Positions 8,032 through 17,096 of a stretch of 48,442 nucleotides of DNA are shown in pieces. The stretch's first letter is position 1. Each line of letters opens with the position of its first letter. A program made the translations under genes and the position numbers. This DNA comes from a virus, in IMG/VR virus record IMGVR_UViG_3300010413_000055, positions 1 to 48,442 of that record; one strand, given 5' to 3'. The notes beneath the pieces were generated by a model. The model was not told the DNA's origin. It did not search any database and was given only the letters and a program-made list of their open reading frames with translations.

Positions 8032-10337
8032 CTAAAGTTCACCTCTCTCAATACCAGTTTGACACCCATCTCTGTAGTGCCGTTCCTGTTAGTTAATATC
8101 CTCTGCTCCAAGGGATACCCTGGCTCTACTACACAGTTATAATAATCAGTACCGGCAGTACCGGATACCTTCTGACCGAATCCTATATCCGCAAACCTTA
8201 CCAGTGAAGTAGAACTACCTGAATCCCTCAGTAGGTTTCTTAGTGTCTTGGCTTGGTTAGTCTTCCCATCGTAGGCTTTCAGCACCATCTCATGTGTTCT
8301 GACTACCGTAGGTTTCTCTATCCCCTTAGCCTGAAAGTACGTCACAACAGGAGTAGCACTGGAAGTATCCGAAGCAAGATGTAATTCATACTGTATCCTG
8401 TTATCGTTTATCGCACTGCCGAATACAGTCTCCGTAAGACCTCCGGTATTGAACGCTGATATCAACTGTGTCGAAGAGGTGTCAGTGTCATCTCTGTATC
8501 TAACCTCAACCGTCTCACCTGAACCTGATATAGTCACCGCACCGGAAGCGTTTCTGTGTTGTTCTAACACCGCCGACTGCCACAGTTTATCGTAGTTAGG
8601 ATTAGAACCGTAGTCATATGACATCCTTGCGTACCCATCCGCTGCGAACTGCGCATTGGAATCAGCCAATGGATTATCTGTAAGGATGACATACCCCGTA
8701 CCTATGCCGCTTGAACCATAAAGCGCATCATCAGCAGACGCAGTAAGTAGAAACGCAGTAGTTGTACCACGTGTCGCCACATTACCGGTAGCTGGATTGT
8801 AATAGTGTCCCGAACCACCCGTATCGGAGAACGAGATAGCTGTTCCGGTAGATGAATACCACCCTATCAAATCCCCTGTTCTTACCTCCAAGTTGGCAAG
8901 GAATGTATTAGAACCGGTGGTACTTACAACAAACGATACAGCGTCCCTGCACTTGTATGTAGTTCCACTCACATTATAAAATGTACCCACATTAACAGCG
9001 TCACCCGTAGTAGTCTCAAACCATCCACTTACCAGTAATAGGTTACCATCTTTATTGGCGGGATTATCAAGTAATAATCTGGTGAAGTTACCACCTATAC
9101 TGCCACCCTTGCTGGCTACAGTAGTACCTACATCTATCGAAGCATCACCATGAGCAAACCACAGCCTTTTATCCGTAGATGAGTGCTGGCATATCTCCAT
9201 AGCTGCACTGCTGGCTTCCTCTAATGATACCCACGGACACCACTCCCAGCGTCTTACTCCATCCCTTACTACTTCCTTGCCCTTGTAGATATGAGTGTCG
9301 GTTCCTTCATCCACCATGACATAGAGATAGTCACCACCGGATGCTATCCCTACCACTGTGCCAGACTTGCCTATATCTCCTATGACATCCTGACCTACCT
9401 TCCACAGCGGCCCCATAGGTTCATAGGTATTGGTAGAATATATCTCACCCATACCATCCGACTCCGAATGATAGGTAGCTGAACTCCACCGTGCAGTGTA
9501 CTTGAAGTTATTGGTAGAACGGTTTACTTTCAAGTCACCCCTTAACTGGTGGATACCTCCATTGGCATCTATCTGCCACAGACCATCAGTCTTACCTACC
9601 ATGAGAAGGTCGTTGTGCAAGAAGATATTGGTTATATTGGTTGTAGTATCTCCTATGTAGGTAGGACTGGCCCATGCGGTACCTCCGGCTACACCGTTGG
9701 TTGTATTGGTAATCTCGTTAGGCCACATGGCTTTCCACAGTACGTCCTGAGTACCAGCAGGGTTGGGAGCCACCACGAAGTAATGAGCCTTGTCATCGGC
9801 AAGGTCTGTAGTCACCCAGGTATCATCATCGGTAGAGGTAAAGTACGCCGTATTCAATCCCCTGGCGGCATACATAACTCCGTTATATTCAACTATATCA
9901 GTCACGCCCGACACATCGGTAGTGGCAGCATCCCAGTCATTCGATGCATCAAGGAAATATATCTTGTTAGTAGTCCAGCACAGCCACTCTGAATTAGCGT
10001 CACTCCATGCGAATCCTAAAACATTGGAGTCTAACGCTGTCTGGTCATTCTCCCCGGCAAGGTGTATCTTCGGCCCGAGGAATAATGAACCCTTGATCGT
10101 GGTGTCGATGTTCTTACCATCGAAGAACATATCATTTTCAGGTACATCTTTTCTGTCGTATTGTCCATGACCACCAAGCCATGAATTATACGTGTAGGTA
10201 AGCGGGTCTCTCCTGTCAAGCTCCATAGTCTCAACCTTGTACATGGGAAACCCATTCTCATCAGACATCAAACGGAACCTTTCAGTGGTACCGTTTATCT
10301 GTAGTTCTATATCATATCCACCATGCTTGCTTACCAT
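8028..10337 (-). CDS. Large tail structural protein, 769 aa (tail-tubular-B/nozzle-size)
   Basis: Size, position and ATGA-type coupling within the tail module; no catalytic motif recognised. Confidence 0.5.
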   Translation of the reverse strand: MVSKHGGYDIELQINGTTERFRLMSDENGFPMYKVETMELDRRDPLTYTYNSWLGGHGQYDRKDVPENDMFFDGKNIDTTIKGSLFLGPKIHLAGENDQTALDSNVLGFAWSDANSEWLCWTTNKIYFLDASNDWDAATTDVSGVTDIVEYNGVMYAARGLNTAYFTSTDDDTWVTTDLADDKAHYFVVAPNPAGTQDVLWKAMWPNEITNTTNGVAGGTAWASPTYIGDTTTNITNIFLHNDLLMVGKTDGLWQIDANGGIHQLRGDLKVNRSTNNFKYTARWSSATYHSESDGMGEIYSTNTYEPMGPLWKVGQDVIGDIGKSGTVVGIASGGDYLYVMVDEGTDTHIYKGKEVVRDGVRRWEWCPWVSLEEASSAAMEICQHSSTDKRLWFAHGDASIDVGTTVASKGGSIGGNFTRLLLDNPANKDGNLLLVSGWFETTTGDAVNVGTFYNVSGTTYKCRDAVSFVVSTTGSNTFLANLEVRTGDLIGWYSSTGTAISFSDTGGSGHYYNPATGNVATRGTTTAFLLTASADDALYGSSGIGTGYVILTDNPLADSNAQFAADGYARMSYDYGSNPNYDKLWQSAVLEQHRNASGAVTISGSGETVEVRYRDDTDTSSTQLISAFNTGGLTETVFGSAINDNRIQYELHLASDTSSATPVVTYFQAKGIEKPTVVRTHEMVLKAYDGKTNQAKTLRNLLRDSGSSTSLVRFADIGFGQKVSGTAGTDYYNCVVEPGYPLEQRILTNRNGTTEMGVKLVLREVNFS

Positions 10338-11644
10338 CTGATACTCACCGGAAGATGATTCATGGCGTACTTTCTTATTCTTTCTCTCAGGCGGTCACGC
10401 CACATCAAAGCCGCCCTCTGGAACTGCTCTACCATGCCTGCATCGAAGTTAGGTACCGACACCGTTTCATATAAGTAGACAGCAGCATCGGCTACCAGTA
10501 TATCCAACTGGGGCTGGTTAAGATTTATCGTAGCCTCCCAACCCGTAGACGCATCACCACTTGCATCAAGGAAATTAAGAACCTTATTACCTTTAATTCT
10601 CATGCGCCTGTCAGCAGGTATCTCAGAACCTATATGTAAATAGCCACCTTCGTAGTCCACCTCGTAATCACTGAACTTAACCCACGGCTCATCATTAGAA
10701 TAATAGTTTGGTTCATACTCCATCTCTATTGGATTGTTCTGCTCAAGCCCTAATTGACCAACGTACTGCCTTGGACTGCCACCAGCAAGTATCCTCGCAT
10801 CGTCAATGTAAGTTGTAGCCGAGGTTGAGTCGTAGTGTATTTTGAAGTTTACCTGAGTAGCGTTCTCATCTATGTTGTGCTGAACGTACAGGTTATCGTT
10901 ACGTGGGTTCCTCTCACTCCATGCCGAACCTCCCGGATGATATCCTGAGTATGACTCCGTGTTCACACCATCGGCTACCGACAGCCTTAACGCACTTGAA
11001 GCACTAGACCACCCCTGTATAGTAAATGTCACACTCTTACCCTGAAGGTATTTGAGGTCATCGTTATTAGCTATCGTCTGAACTAACTGTCCCGTATCAC
11101 TGCTCAACTGAGCCGAGTACGAACCATGCTTGTAGTACGGTGAGCTTGATATCTGAGCCAGAGTCGGCCCCGAAGCAGTCCAGTAGGTAAGGGCATCGGT
11201 AGCACTCCAGTCCTCGAACGAACCATCTCTCAGCCAGTTCTTAGTCACGTAGGTTTCATCCCATATCCTGTCATAGAGGGTAGGATAGATGTGCCTCGCA
11301 GCATAAACCAAAGCCTTACGTTTATCACTGGGTGAGAACTGCCTGTGTATCTCGTAACCTATCGCAGCTTCCACCGTGGTAGCGAAATTATTACCAAGAG
11401 TTACCAGACCACTTGATGCGGTGAAGTCACTGATGTACCTCTCCTGATACTGGTTTGAACCTGATGTGGTTATGAAAGCATATGATATTGTCTCGGTATT
11501 TATCCAGTCATCAGAATAAGCCTTGAGTGAAGTGTCATAGAAAGTACCACCACTTGCGTCCCCCTTCGTTGTGACAGTACCAGTCACATCGTCACCAAGC
11601 TGATGGCTTAGTTCCTGTTGAGCAGCTAAAAGGGTAGTGCTCAT
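10331..11644 (-). CDS. Tail structural protein, 437 aa
   Basis: Position; overlaps the downstream tail gene by 7 nt. Confidence 0.5.
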   Translation of the reverse strand: MSTTLLAAQQELSHQLGDDVTGTVTTKGDASGGTFYDTSLKAYSDDWINTETISYAFITTSGSNQYQERYISDFTASSGLVTLGNNFATTVEAAIGYEIHRQFSPSDKRKALVYAARHIYPTLYDRIWDETYVTKNWLRDGSFEDWSATDALTYWTASGPTLAQISSSPYYKHGSYSAQLSSDTGQLVQTIANNDDLKYLQGKSVTFTIQGWSSASSALRLSVADGVNTESYSGYHPGGSAWSERNPRNDNLYVQHNIDENATQVNFKIHYDSTSATTYIDDARILAGGSPRQYVGQLGLEQNNPIEMEYEPNYYSNDEPWVKFSDYEVDYEGGYLHIGSEIPADRRMRIKGNKVLNFLDASGDASTGWEATINLNQPQLDILVADAAVYLYETVSVPNFDAGMVEQFQRAALMWRDRLRERIRKYAMNHLPVSIRW

Positions 11645-11653
11645 GTTGCCCTC

Positions 11654-12193
11654 CTATAAAACAGTAGTCTTCGGATTGCGAGGACGGTCTGCACTGTATG
11701 CGTAGTAACCTGCTTCCTCTATCTCCTTGTTTACCTCATTCAAAGCTGTCTGTGCCTGTTCCATCTGAGACTTGATTTCCTTGTATTCCTCATCACTTAC
11801 ATCTACACTAGCCTTGGCAGATTCTATATTACTCAGGAGTCTGGCGAACAACTCATCGGTATACTTGTCTACTACTACCTGAGCCATCTTCTCGTTTTCC
11901 TCTGCCTCATCAACCTTGGCTTCCGCAGCTTTGATCCTGTTATCAGCATCCTCTACCACGCTCTGTAGATTACCCTGAGCAGTTTCAACATCTCCATGCC
12001 TTGCTGATAGCGTCTTCAGTGCGGAATCGTAGTCATTCTTATTGGCTTCGTAGACTTCCTTGGCTTCACCAACAGACTTGTTAGCTTCTTTCGTAATGTT
12101 CTGCTGTGCTTCAAGTTTCGCCTTGAACTCCTTAATCTGTTCCTGAAGTTGAAGAGAACTCTTTATCTTCTTTAATACTTTGTCTGATGTCAT
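11654..12193 (-). CDS. Coiled-coil structural/assembly protein, 179 aa
   Basis: Continuous heptad-like Glu/Lys/Ala-rich sequence. Confidence 0.55.
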   Translation of the reverse strand: MTSDKVLKKIKSSLQLQEQIKEFKAKLEAQQNITKEANKSVGEAKEVYEANKNDYDSALKTLSARHGDVETAQGNLQSVVEDADNRIKAAEAKVDEAEENEKMAQVVVDKYTDELFARLLSNIESAKASVDVSDEEYKEIKSQMEQAQTALNEVNKEIEEAGYYAYSADRPRNPKTTVL

Positions 12194-12202
12194 CGTTATC
12201 TC

Positions 12203-12505
12203 CTAGTCGAAATAGGTAATTCTCAGGGTTGCGTTAGCGGTGGCTATGAACTCTATCTGGTCTAACAACTGTCTGTAATTAGCACCTGTAAGCGACAGAG
12301 AATCAGCAGCCGCCAGTAAGTGACCAGCCGTTGCGGTAGGTGCTGTACCATCAGCCCTCCATGCTACGGGATGGTCTTCACAGGTAATGAATATCCTCTT
12401 GGCTTGCCTCGGTACAGTTGGACTCGCATCGGTCAAAAGGTCAACCGCGGTAGTCCCTACCGTAAGTACGGCATAATCAACCACATTTACAACTTCTGCT
12501 CCCAT
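12203..12505 (-). CDS. Small virion-module protein, 100 aa
   Basis: GGAG RBS; position. Confidence 0.55.
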   Translation of the reverse strand: MGAEVVNVVDYAVLTVGTTAVDLLTDASPTVPRQAKRIFITCEDHPVAWRADGTAPTATAGHLLAAADSLSLTGANYRQLLDQIEFIATANATLRITYFD

Positions 12506-12508
12506 GTT

Positions 12509-13117
12509 TTACTCCTTATGTGATTTCTTGTGTCCCGCTAATCCTATGGCATTTTTACATTCCTTGCCACAGATATCACAGGTATATCCCCCACTCTGTT
12601 CCCCCTGAGATTCCAGGAACTTTACAAGTACGGCTTTCAATGCCTGGTCGGTGAGTTTGGTATCTTCCTTTTCCTTGTCCTGTCTCATCGACTCAACGGC
12701 TTCCCACTCCGACTTGTGCCTCTTTTGTGCGTGTCGCCTTGCCTGATACTCTGATGCCAGATTATCCTTTGGGCATACCGCAAATCCCATCCTGTCATAC
12801 AGTTCCCTGCTAGGGTCATCTTGATGCAGGAAGCATTTGTAAGTTCCCTGTACAGGTTTAACTGTCTGCCTTGTGCTAAACACCGGTGTGCCATCAGGTC
12901 TTTTCTTTTGAAGTACCTGACTCAAATTCTGGTCGTGAAATCCCCTGAATACATTACTCGGTACTCCTGTCTTCGTGTCATAGACCACAGCATACTTTAC
13001 TGGCTCACCGCCAACTGTTGCCGTTACTGTAGCCTCGTCTGGCTTAGGTGCTGGAACTATCTCCTCATCAGATACATAACTTCCAGCCGCAGTTTCTATT
13101 CTAGTTTCTTGAACCAT
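12509..13117 (-). CDS. Hypothetical protein ending in a classical C2H2 zinc finger
   Basis: C-terminus YTCDICGKECKNAIGLAGHKKSHKE = Cx2Cx12Hx3H; an earlier degenerate HAQKRH segment. Confidence 0.6.
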   Translation of the reverse strand: MVQETRIETAAGSYVSDEEIVPAPKPDEATVTATVGGEPVKYAVVYDTKTGVPSNVFRGFHDQNLSQVLQKKRPDGTPVFSTRQTVKPVQGTYKCFLHQDDPSRELYDRMGFAVCPKDNLASEYQARRHAQKRHKSEWEAVESMRQDKEKEDTKLTDQALKAVLVKFLESQGEQSGGYTCDICGKECKNAIGLAGHKKSHKE

Positions 13118-13127
13118 TGTGTCCTCC

Positions 13128-13451
13128 TTACACTAAGTAGTTCCCGTTACCAGTTCTTATTCTGTTTACCCCTACCATATCCAGTTTGTCATATGGTCTG
13201 AGCTTTAACTTTGCACATATCTCTCTTGCTTCTCCAACGGTGTGCTCGTTGTAACACGGTATCCTTATACCGTCATCCTTGGTAGGCTTGCCCAAATCCA
13301 GTCTATATGTATACATACGGTCGCTTCTTACAACCCGTATAACCTCGTACCTTCTCTGGACACCAACCACATCAGGCTCATTAACCTCCTTGTAGAACCA
13401 GCACTTTTCATCCGGGCTAACGTGGTCTGTTACTAATTCCAGTTCGTTCAT
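13128..13451 (-). CDS. Hypothetical 107-aa protein
   Basis: AAGGAGG RBS; coupled to upstream ORF. Confidence 0.55.
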   Translation of the reverse strand: MNELELVTDHVSPDEKCWFYKEVNEPDVVGVQRRYEVIRVVRSDRMYTYRLDLGKPTKDDGIRIPCYNEHTVGEAREICAKLKLRPYDKLDMVGVNRIRTGNGNYLV

Positions 13452-13678
13452 AATTGTTTGGTCTTCGTGAATGCCGTCAGTCTATCAGCAGGCACTCCGG
13501 ATTTCTTTATATTTTCCTTGAGTCTAAGGTAATACTTTATGCACCCGTCGCAAAGATATCCTTCATCATAAGTATTATCTTTTCCCATAACTTCTTCAGC
13601 TTTGTGTAGAGGTGCTTTATCCAATCGTACATCTTGCTTCCTCCCGCATCGGTCACATACTAAAGCTACTATTATCAT
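13448..13678 (-). CDS. 76-aa zinc-ribbon protein (CDRC...CDGC)
   Basis: AAGGGGGAAAG RBS; two CxxC pairs. Confidence 0.55.
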   Translation of the reverse strand: MIIVALVCDRCGRKQDVRLDKAPLHKAEEVMGKDNTYDEGYLCDGCIKYYLRLKENIKKSGVPADRLTAFTKTKQL

Positions 13679-13752
13679 CTTTCCCCCTTATTAATGGCGG
13701 TCTGTTCAAAGTACAGTCGCCTTAAACTTTAAAGGGGGATACCCTGCGCAGG

Positions 13753-14799
13753 CTAACAAATCACTCCGTAACCAAGAGCGCATAACCGGCATTCTTCCCT
13801 GTCCTTAATATTCTTGCGAAAGTCCCAGCTTTCCTTTGATCGCCACGCTTTCTGTATATCATCCGTATAAGCATTCCCCCAACTAAAAGGTTCGCTCATC
13901 CTCGTTTCCCCCAACATAGAGAACGGTTGCGGTTCTGAGAAAAACACACACGGCATCATCTCTCCATTAGGGTCTATGTATAACGTAGAAGCTAAACCGC
14001 ATCCAACCCTCTCTATCTTTGTGGGTCGTCTTTTAATCCATATCTTGTACTCCCTGCACTTACGCCATGCTTCTATCTGCATGGCATCTATCTCAGGAAC
14101 TCCATCGTAAGAGTACAGGCACTCATCCATGTGCTCGGGTCTGTAGGTATTTATACCGGAGTATTTCAAAGACCATATCCCCAGCTCATGGCACATATCC
14201 GGCATTTTGGTTATCTCATGTTTGTTTTTTTTCTGCATCACCTGGATAGTCCTCACCCTGCCACCCTTGGCTATGAACTCCTTGACGTGCTTTATTATCA
14301 AGTCGAAGTTAGAACCAACCCTTATAGCTTCATGCGTCTCCTTGGTTACTCCATCGAGTGATACACATATGTTAGAAATACCTCTCTTCAGGAGTTCATT
14401 CTGGGTCTTGTCATTCAACAGCATCCCATTGGTTATTATCGTAGGCCATATCCTCGGGTTGTAACTTCTCACCAAGTCCACCATCTTGAAGAAATCTTTA
14501 TGGAAGAACGGTTCAGCAGAACACAGATTCAATACATTACAGGTGTTCCAGAAAGGCTGAAGCCTCTCAGCTAACTTGGCGAACTGCTCAAACGGTATGA
14601 ACCACTTGTCCATCTTCGTGTTGGTTATCCGACACGTAGGACACTGTATGTTGCACCGAGTCATGGTCTCTATTACGATTGTCGTCGGGTAAGGTGCAGC
14701 ATAACACGTAGGCTCAGTAATTTCGTAAGTACACTGGTCTTCCAAGTCCACCACCTCCCCATGTATTTTACCTTGAGTTCCTTGTGCTGTCGCTTCCAT
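13753..14799 (-). CDS. Radical SAM enzyme with C-terminal SPASM/twitch-like Cys cluster
   Basis: CNIQCPTC (CxxxCxxC) near the N-terminus. C-terminal GCGLAS..MPCVFF..ECRLCALGYGVIC. The start is ambiguous: ATG 14799 overlaps the upstream gene by 127 nt, whereas ATG 14664 lies 8 nt after its stop. Confidence 0.8.
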   Translation of the reverse strand: MEATAQGTQGKIHGEVVDLEDQCTYEITEPTCYAAPYPTTIVIETMTRCNIQCPTCRITNTKMDKWFIPFEQFAKLAERLQPFWNTCNVLNLCSAEPFFHKDFFKMVDLVRSYNPRIWPTIITNGMLLNDKTQNELLKRGISNICVSLDGVTKETHEAIRVGSNFDLIIKHVKEFIAKGGRVRTIQVMQKKNKHEITKMPDMCHELGIWSLKYSGINTYRPEHMDECLYSYDGVPEIDAMQIEAWRKCREYKIWIKRRPTKIERVGCGLASTLYIDPNGEMMPCVFFSEPQPFSMLGETRMSEPFSWGNAYTDDIQKAWRSKESWDFRKNIKDREECRLCALGYGVIC

Positions 14800-16295
14800 T
14801 CGGGTGGGTCTACCAGACTGGTAGAATGTTCGTAGATAGGATGCTTATAAACATTGACCGGCAACATACCCACTGTGGCTTTGTCTATCGCCCTGAGTGC
14901 GAACTCCTGGTCTGGTATCCTTGTCGTGGCATCCAGTAAACCAACCTTGGCGAATATGCTTCTCCTGTAAAGAAACCCATTACCGCATGAGCCGTAGTAG
15001 AAAACATCCTCGAACTTCTTACCGTAATCTTTGGGTAGACGTACCTGCCATTCACCCTTACCGCTTATCTTGTGTCCAAGGCATACCAGCAAGTCTATCT
15101 GAGGATTTGCTTCCATGTAACTAACAGCCTGGTCTATTCCATTAGGTATAACGATATCATCATCACAACACTGGAATACATACTTGGCTGTTGACATCAT
15201 CACACCCTTATTGAATGCGTGTGCGGGGCCTGCATCAGGTTCACTCACCACCTTGGTTATTATCTTACCGAAGTTATTGATGACTTCTTTAGTCTTGTCT
15301 GTCGAGCCACCATCAACTACGATAAGTTCATCGTGCTCAGTAACTACGGTCTTTAGATTCTCGAATGCGTTTTGCAGATAGTTCCACCTGTTCTTTGTCC
15401 CAAGTACGAATGATACTCTCTTGGGTAAGTAATCCTGTTCATCTGCCCTGCCGTAAAGTACGAGCTTGTCATATAAAGCCAATGCACCATCCGGTAAGTT
15501 CTTGACTACCTCCATACTCTTGAGTAAGTTCTGTAGGTATTTCCATGCGAAGTCAGGTAGCCATATCTCTTTAGTAAACTCATGGTCGCATCGGTACCTC
15601 ACGCTTCCGTCAGCGAACTGGTCTATCGCTACCCCGTGAGCTTCTGCCTCCTCTACGGTTACAGCCATCATAGCCCTCGTAAGGTGCGCATTGTAGCAAT
15701 CGGTACGGGAACCTTTCTTTGGTAGCAACTGCATCAGCATCATCCTCTCTGAAAGATAGAGAAGAACAGAACCCTCGGTGTGCGGCAATCCATAGAGTTG
15801 ACCGTCCTTGGTTCTACAGAGATGCGATCCTTCCGATATAATCACCTCTGCTCCGTATTCCTTGGCTATACCTATCCAGTATTCTATACCGGCTTTCTCA
15901 AGGAAGTAGGGATACCCAAATGGAGCATCTGCACCATACAGCCTTATCTTCTTAACCCCTAAATGAAGAGCTAAAGCAATCTGGTAACATACGGTGTTGG
16001 TAAAGTACGTTTCCTCCTTACCGAAGGAAGTGAAGTGTTTTTGAACCTCCTCTAAAGGATATTTGATATCTGCGTAGTCGTGAAAGGATACGATAGGGAT
16101 TCCCGGTAGCCTCTCACGATATTTAGGGAGACGTGGCTCGAAGTCGAATATGTAGTCCATTCTCTTTCCTGCACATTCCGGATACGAGCCAACGTCCTTA
16201 ACTCCCCATACTTCCGCATCATGCGGACAATCCCGTTTACTTTCCCCCTTGGCGAGAATTATTATCTCGTCAGGTGCCTTGTTAAAGATTTCCAT
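14673..16295 (-). CDS. Two-domain glycosyltransferase: N-terminal sialyltransferase (GT42)/Maf-DUF115-like domain fused to a C-terminal GT2 (GT-A) domain
   Basis: The C-terminal half has RVSFVLGTKNRWNYL, LIVVDGGSTDKT and CCDDD. The N-terminal half has IIILAKGESK and TNTVCYQIALALHLGVKKIRLYGADA, which resembles the CstII-type SGVYMCAVAIALGYKEIYLSGIDF segment (recalled from memory). Confidence 0.65.
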   Translation of the reverse strand: MEIFNKAPDEIIILAKGESKRDCPHDAEVWGVKDVGSYPECAGKRMDYIFDFEPRLPKYRERLPGIPIVSFHDYADIKYPLEEVQKHFTSFGKEETYFTNTVCYQIALALHLGVKKIRLYGADAPFGYPYFLEKAGIEYWIGIAKEYGAEVIISEGSHLCRTKDGQLYGLPHTEGSVLLYLSERMMLMQLLPKKGSRTDCYNAHLTRAMMAVTVEEAEAHGVAIDQFADGSVRYRCDHEFTKEIWLPDFAWKYLQNLLKSMEVVKNLPDGALALYDKLVLYGRADEQDYLPKRVSFVLGTKNRWNYLQNAFENLKTVVTEHDELIVVDGGSTDKTKEVINNFGKIITKVVSEPDAGPAHAFNKGVMMSTAKYVFQCCDDDIVIPNGIDQAVSYMEANPQIDLLVCLGHKISGKGEWQVRLPKDYGKKFEDVFYYGSCGNGFLYRRSIFAKVGLLDATTRIPDQEFALRAIDKATVGMLPVNVYKHPIYEHSTSLVDPPEWKRQHKELKVKYMGRWWTWKTSVLTKLLSLRVMLHLTRRQS

Positions 16296-16314
16296 TTATC
16301 CCCCTTAATTTTGT

Positions 16315-17025
16315 TTATGTAGCCCACGTACCGGCTAAACTCTGGATGTACCATGCGTTAGAACCAGCACCAAGGATATCTACATAGTCGCCTGCTCTGT
16401 GGGTGGCATCAGTATTGGTGAGCGTAAGATTGCTTGTGGTAGTGCTCAGGCCGCATCCAACAATGGTATCACCTGAATTACAGTGTATGATTACCTCACT
16501 GGTAGAGTCGGCACCAACAGATACGATTTTGTACCTGTACCCGAGAACACTTGCAGGTAGCGTCAGTGAAATATTGTCACCACTCACCTGAACCACCTTG
16601 CCGCTTTCCGATACGGTCAGTGTCGTGTTAGCTGTGATACCTACTGCCGAAGCGTTACCGTGGATAAGCTGGTCGTAATACGATATCTTGCCAGCTACAC
16701 CCAATGCAGATGCACCAGAGATATTACCAGCTACATTGAGAATACCACCAGCAGACACTCCACCCGTAAGTTGTGACGTACCGGATACGGTGAGTGTTCC
16801 TGTGACGGCAGTATTACCATTGACCGTGGTATTACCACCAAGTGTAGATGTACCGGATACCGTCATGTTACCAGCGACAGTCCACGTACCTGAAATACTT
16901 GAGTTTCCGTAGAACGTAGTACCCGTTGCATCAATCTCTAATCGTGGAGTTCCATTGTAGAGTGCTTGCAGGTCATTACTGACAGTATCGTTGTACCAGC
17001 CTCGATGTCTTGAGCTTTTTGCCAT
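16315..17025 (-). CDS. Ser/Thr/Gly/Asn-rich repeat protein, 236 aa (fibre- or head-decoration-like)
   Basis: Tandem degenerate G-T/S-x-T-V-x-G-N repeats; 10 of 17 Asn lie in N-x-S/T; sits between the capsid genes and the glycosyltransferase. Confidence 0.65.
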   Translation of the reverse strand: MAKSSRHRGWYNDTVSNDLQALYNGTPRLEIDATGTTFYGNSSISGTWTVAGNMTVSGTSTLGGNTTVNGNTAVTGTLTVSGTSQLTGGVSAGGILNVAGNISGASALGVAGKISYYDQLIHGNASAVGITANTTLTVSESGKVVQVSGDNISLTLPASVLGYRYKIVSVGADSTSEVIIHCNSGDTIVGCGLSTTTSNLTLTNTDATHRAGDYVDILGAGSNAWYIQSLAGTWAT

Positions 17026-17053
17026 TTGTCCTCCTTGCTGAAAGTCAGCACTT

Positions 17054-17086
17054 GAAAAGAGTGGGTGAGTTTAAGCCCCCACCCAC
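17054..17086 (-). terminator. Rho-independent terminator after the 241-aa gene
   Basis: Minus-strand GTGGGTG-12 nt loop-CACCCAC followed by TCTTTTC. Confidence 0.6.
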
Positions 17087-17096
17087 GGCTTAGTGT

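Noticed and set aside
9549-9992. Nested opposite-strand ORFs inside large late genes (for example 9549..9992, 9790..10170, 23755..24168, 31899..32402, 5530..5850, 19937..20287)
   Set aside because: They lie entirely within longer, motif-supported minus-strand genes and show no RBS or coupling. This is typical shadow-ORF behaviour.
13679-13752. Terminator after the rSAM gene (CCTGCGCAGG palindrome and a GGCG..CGCC hairpin)
   Set aside because: The loops are too tight or the stems are interrupted, and no U-tract follows on the minus strand.
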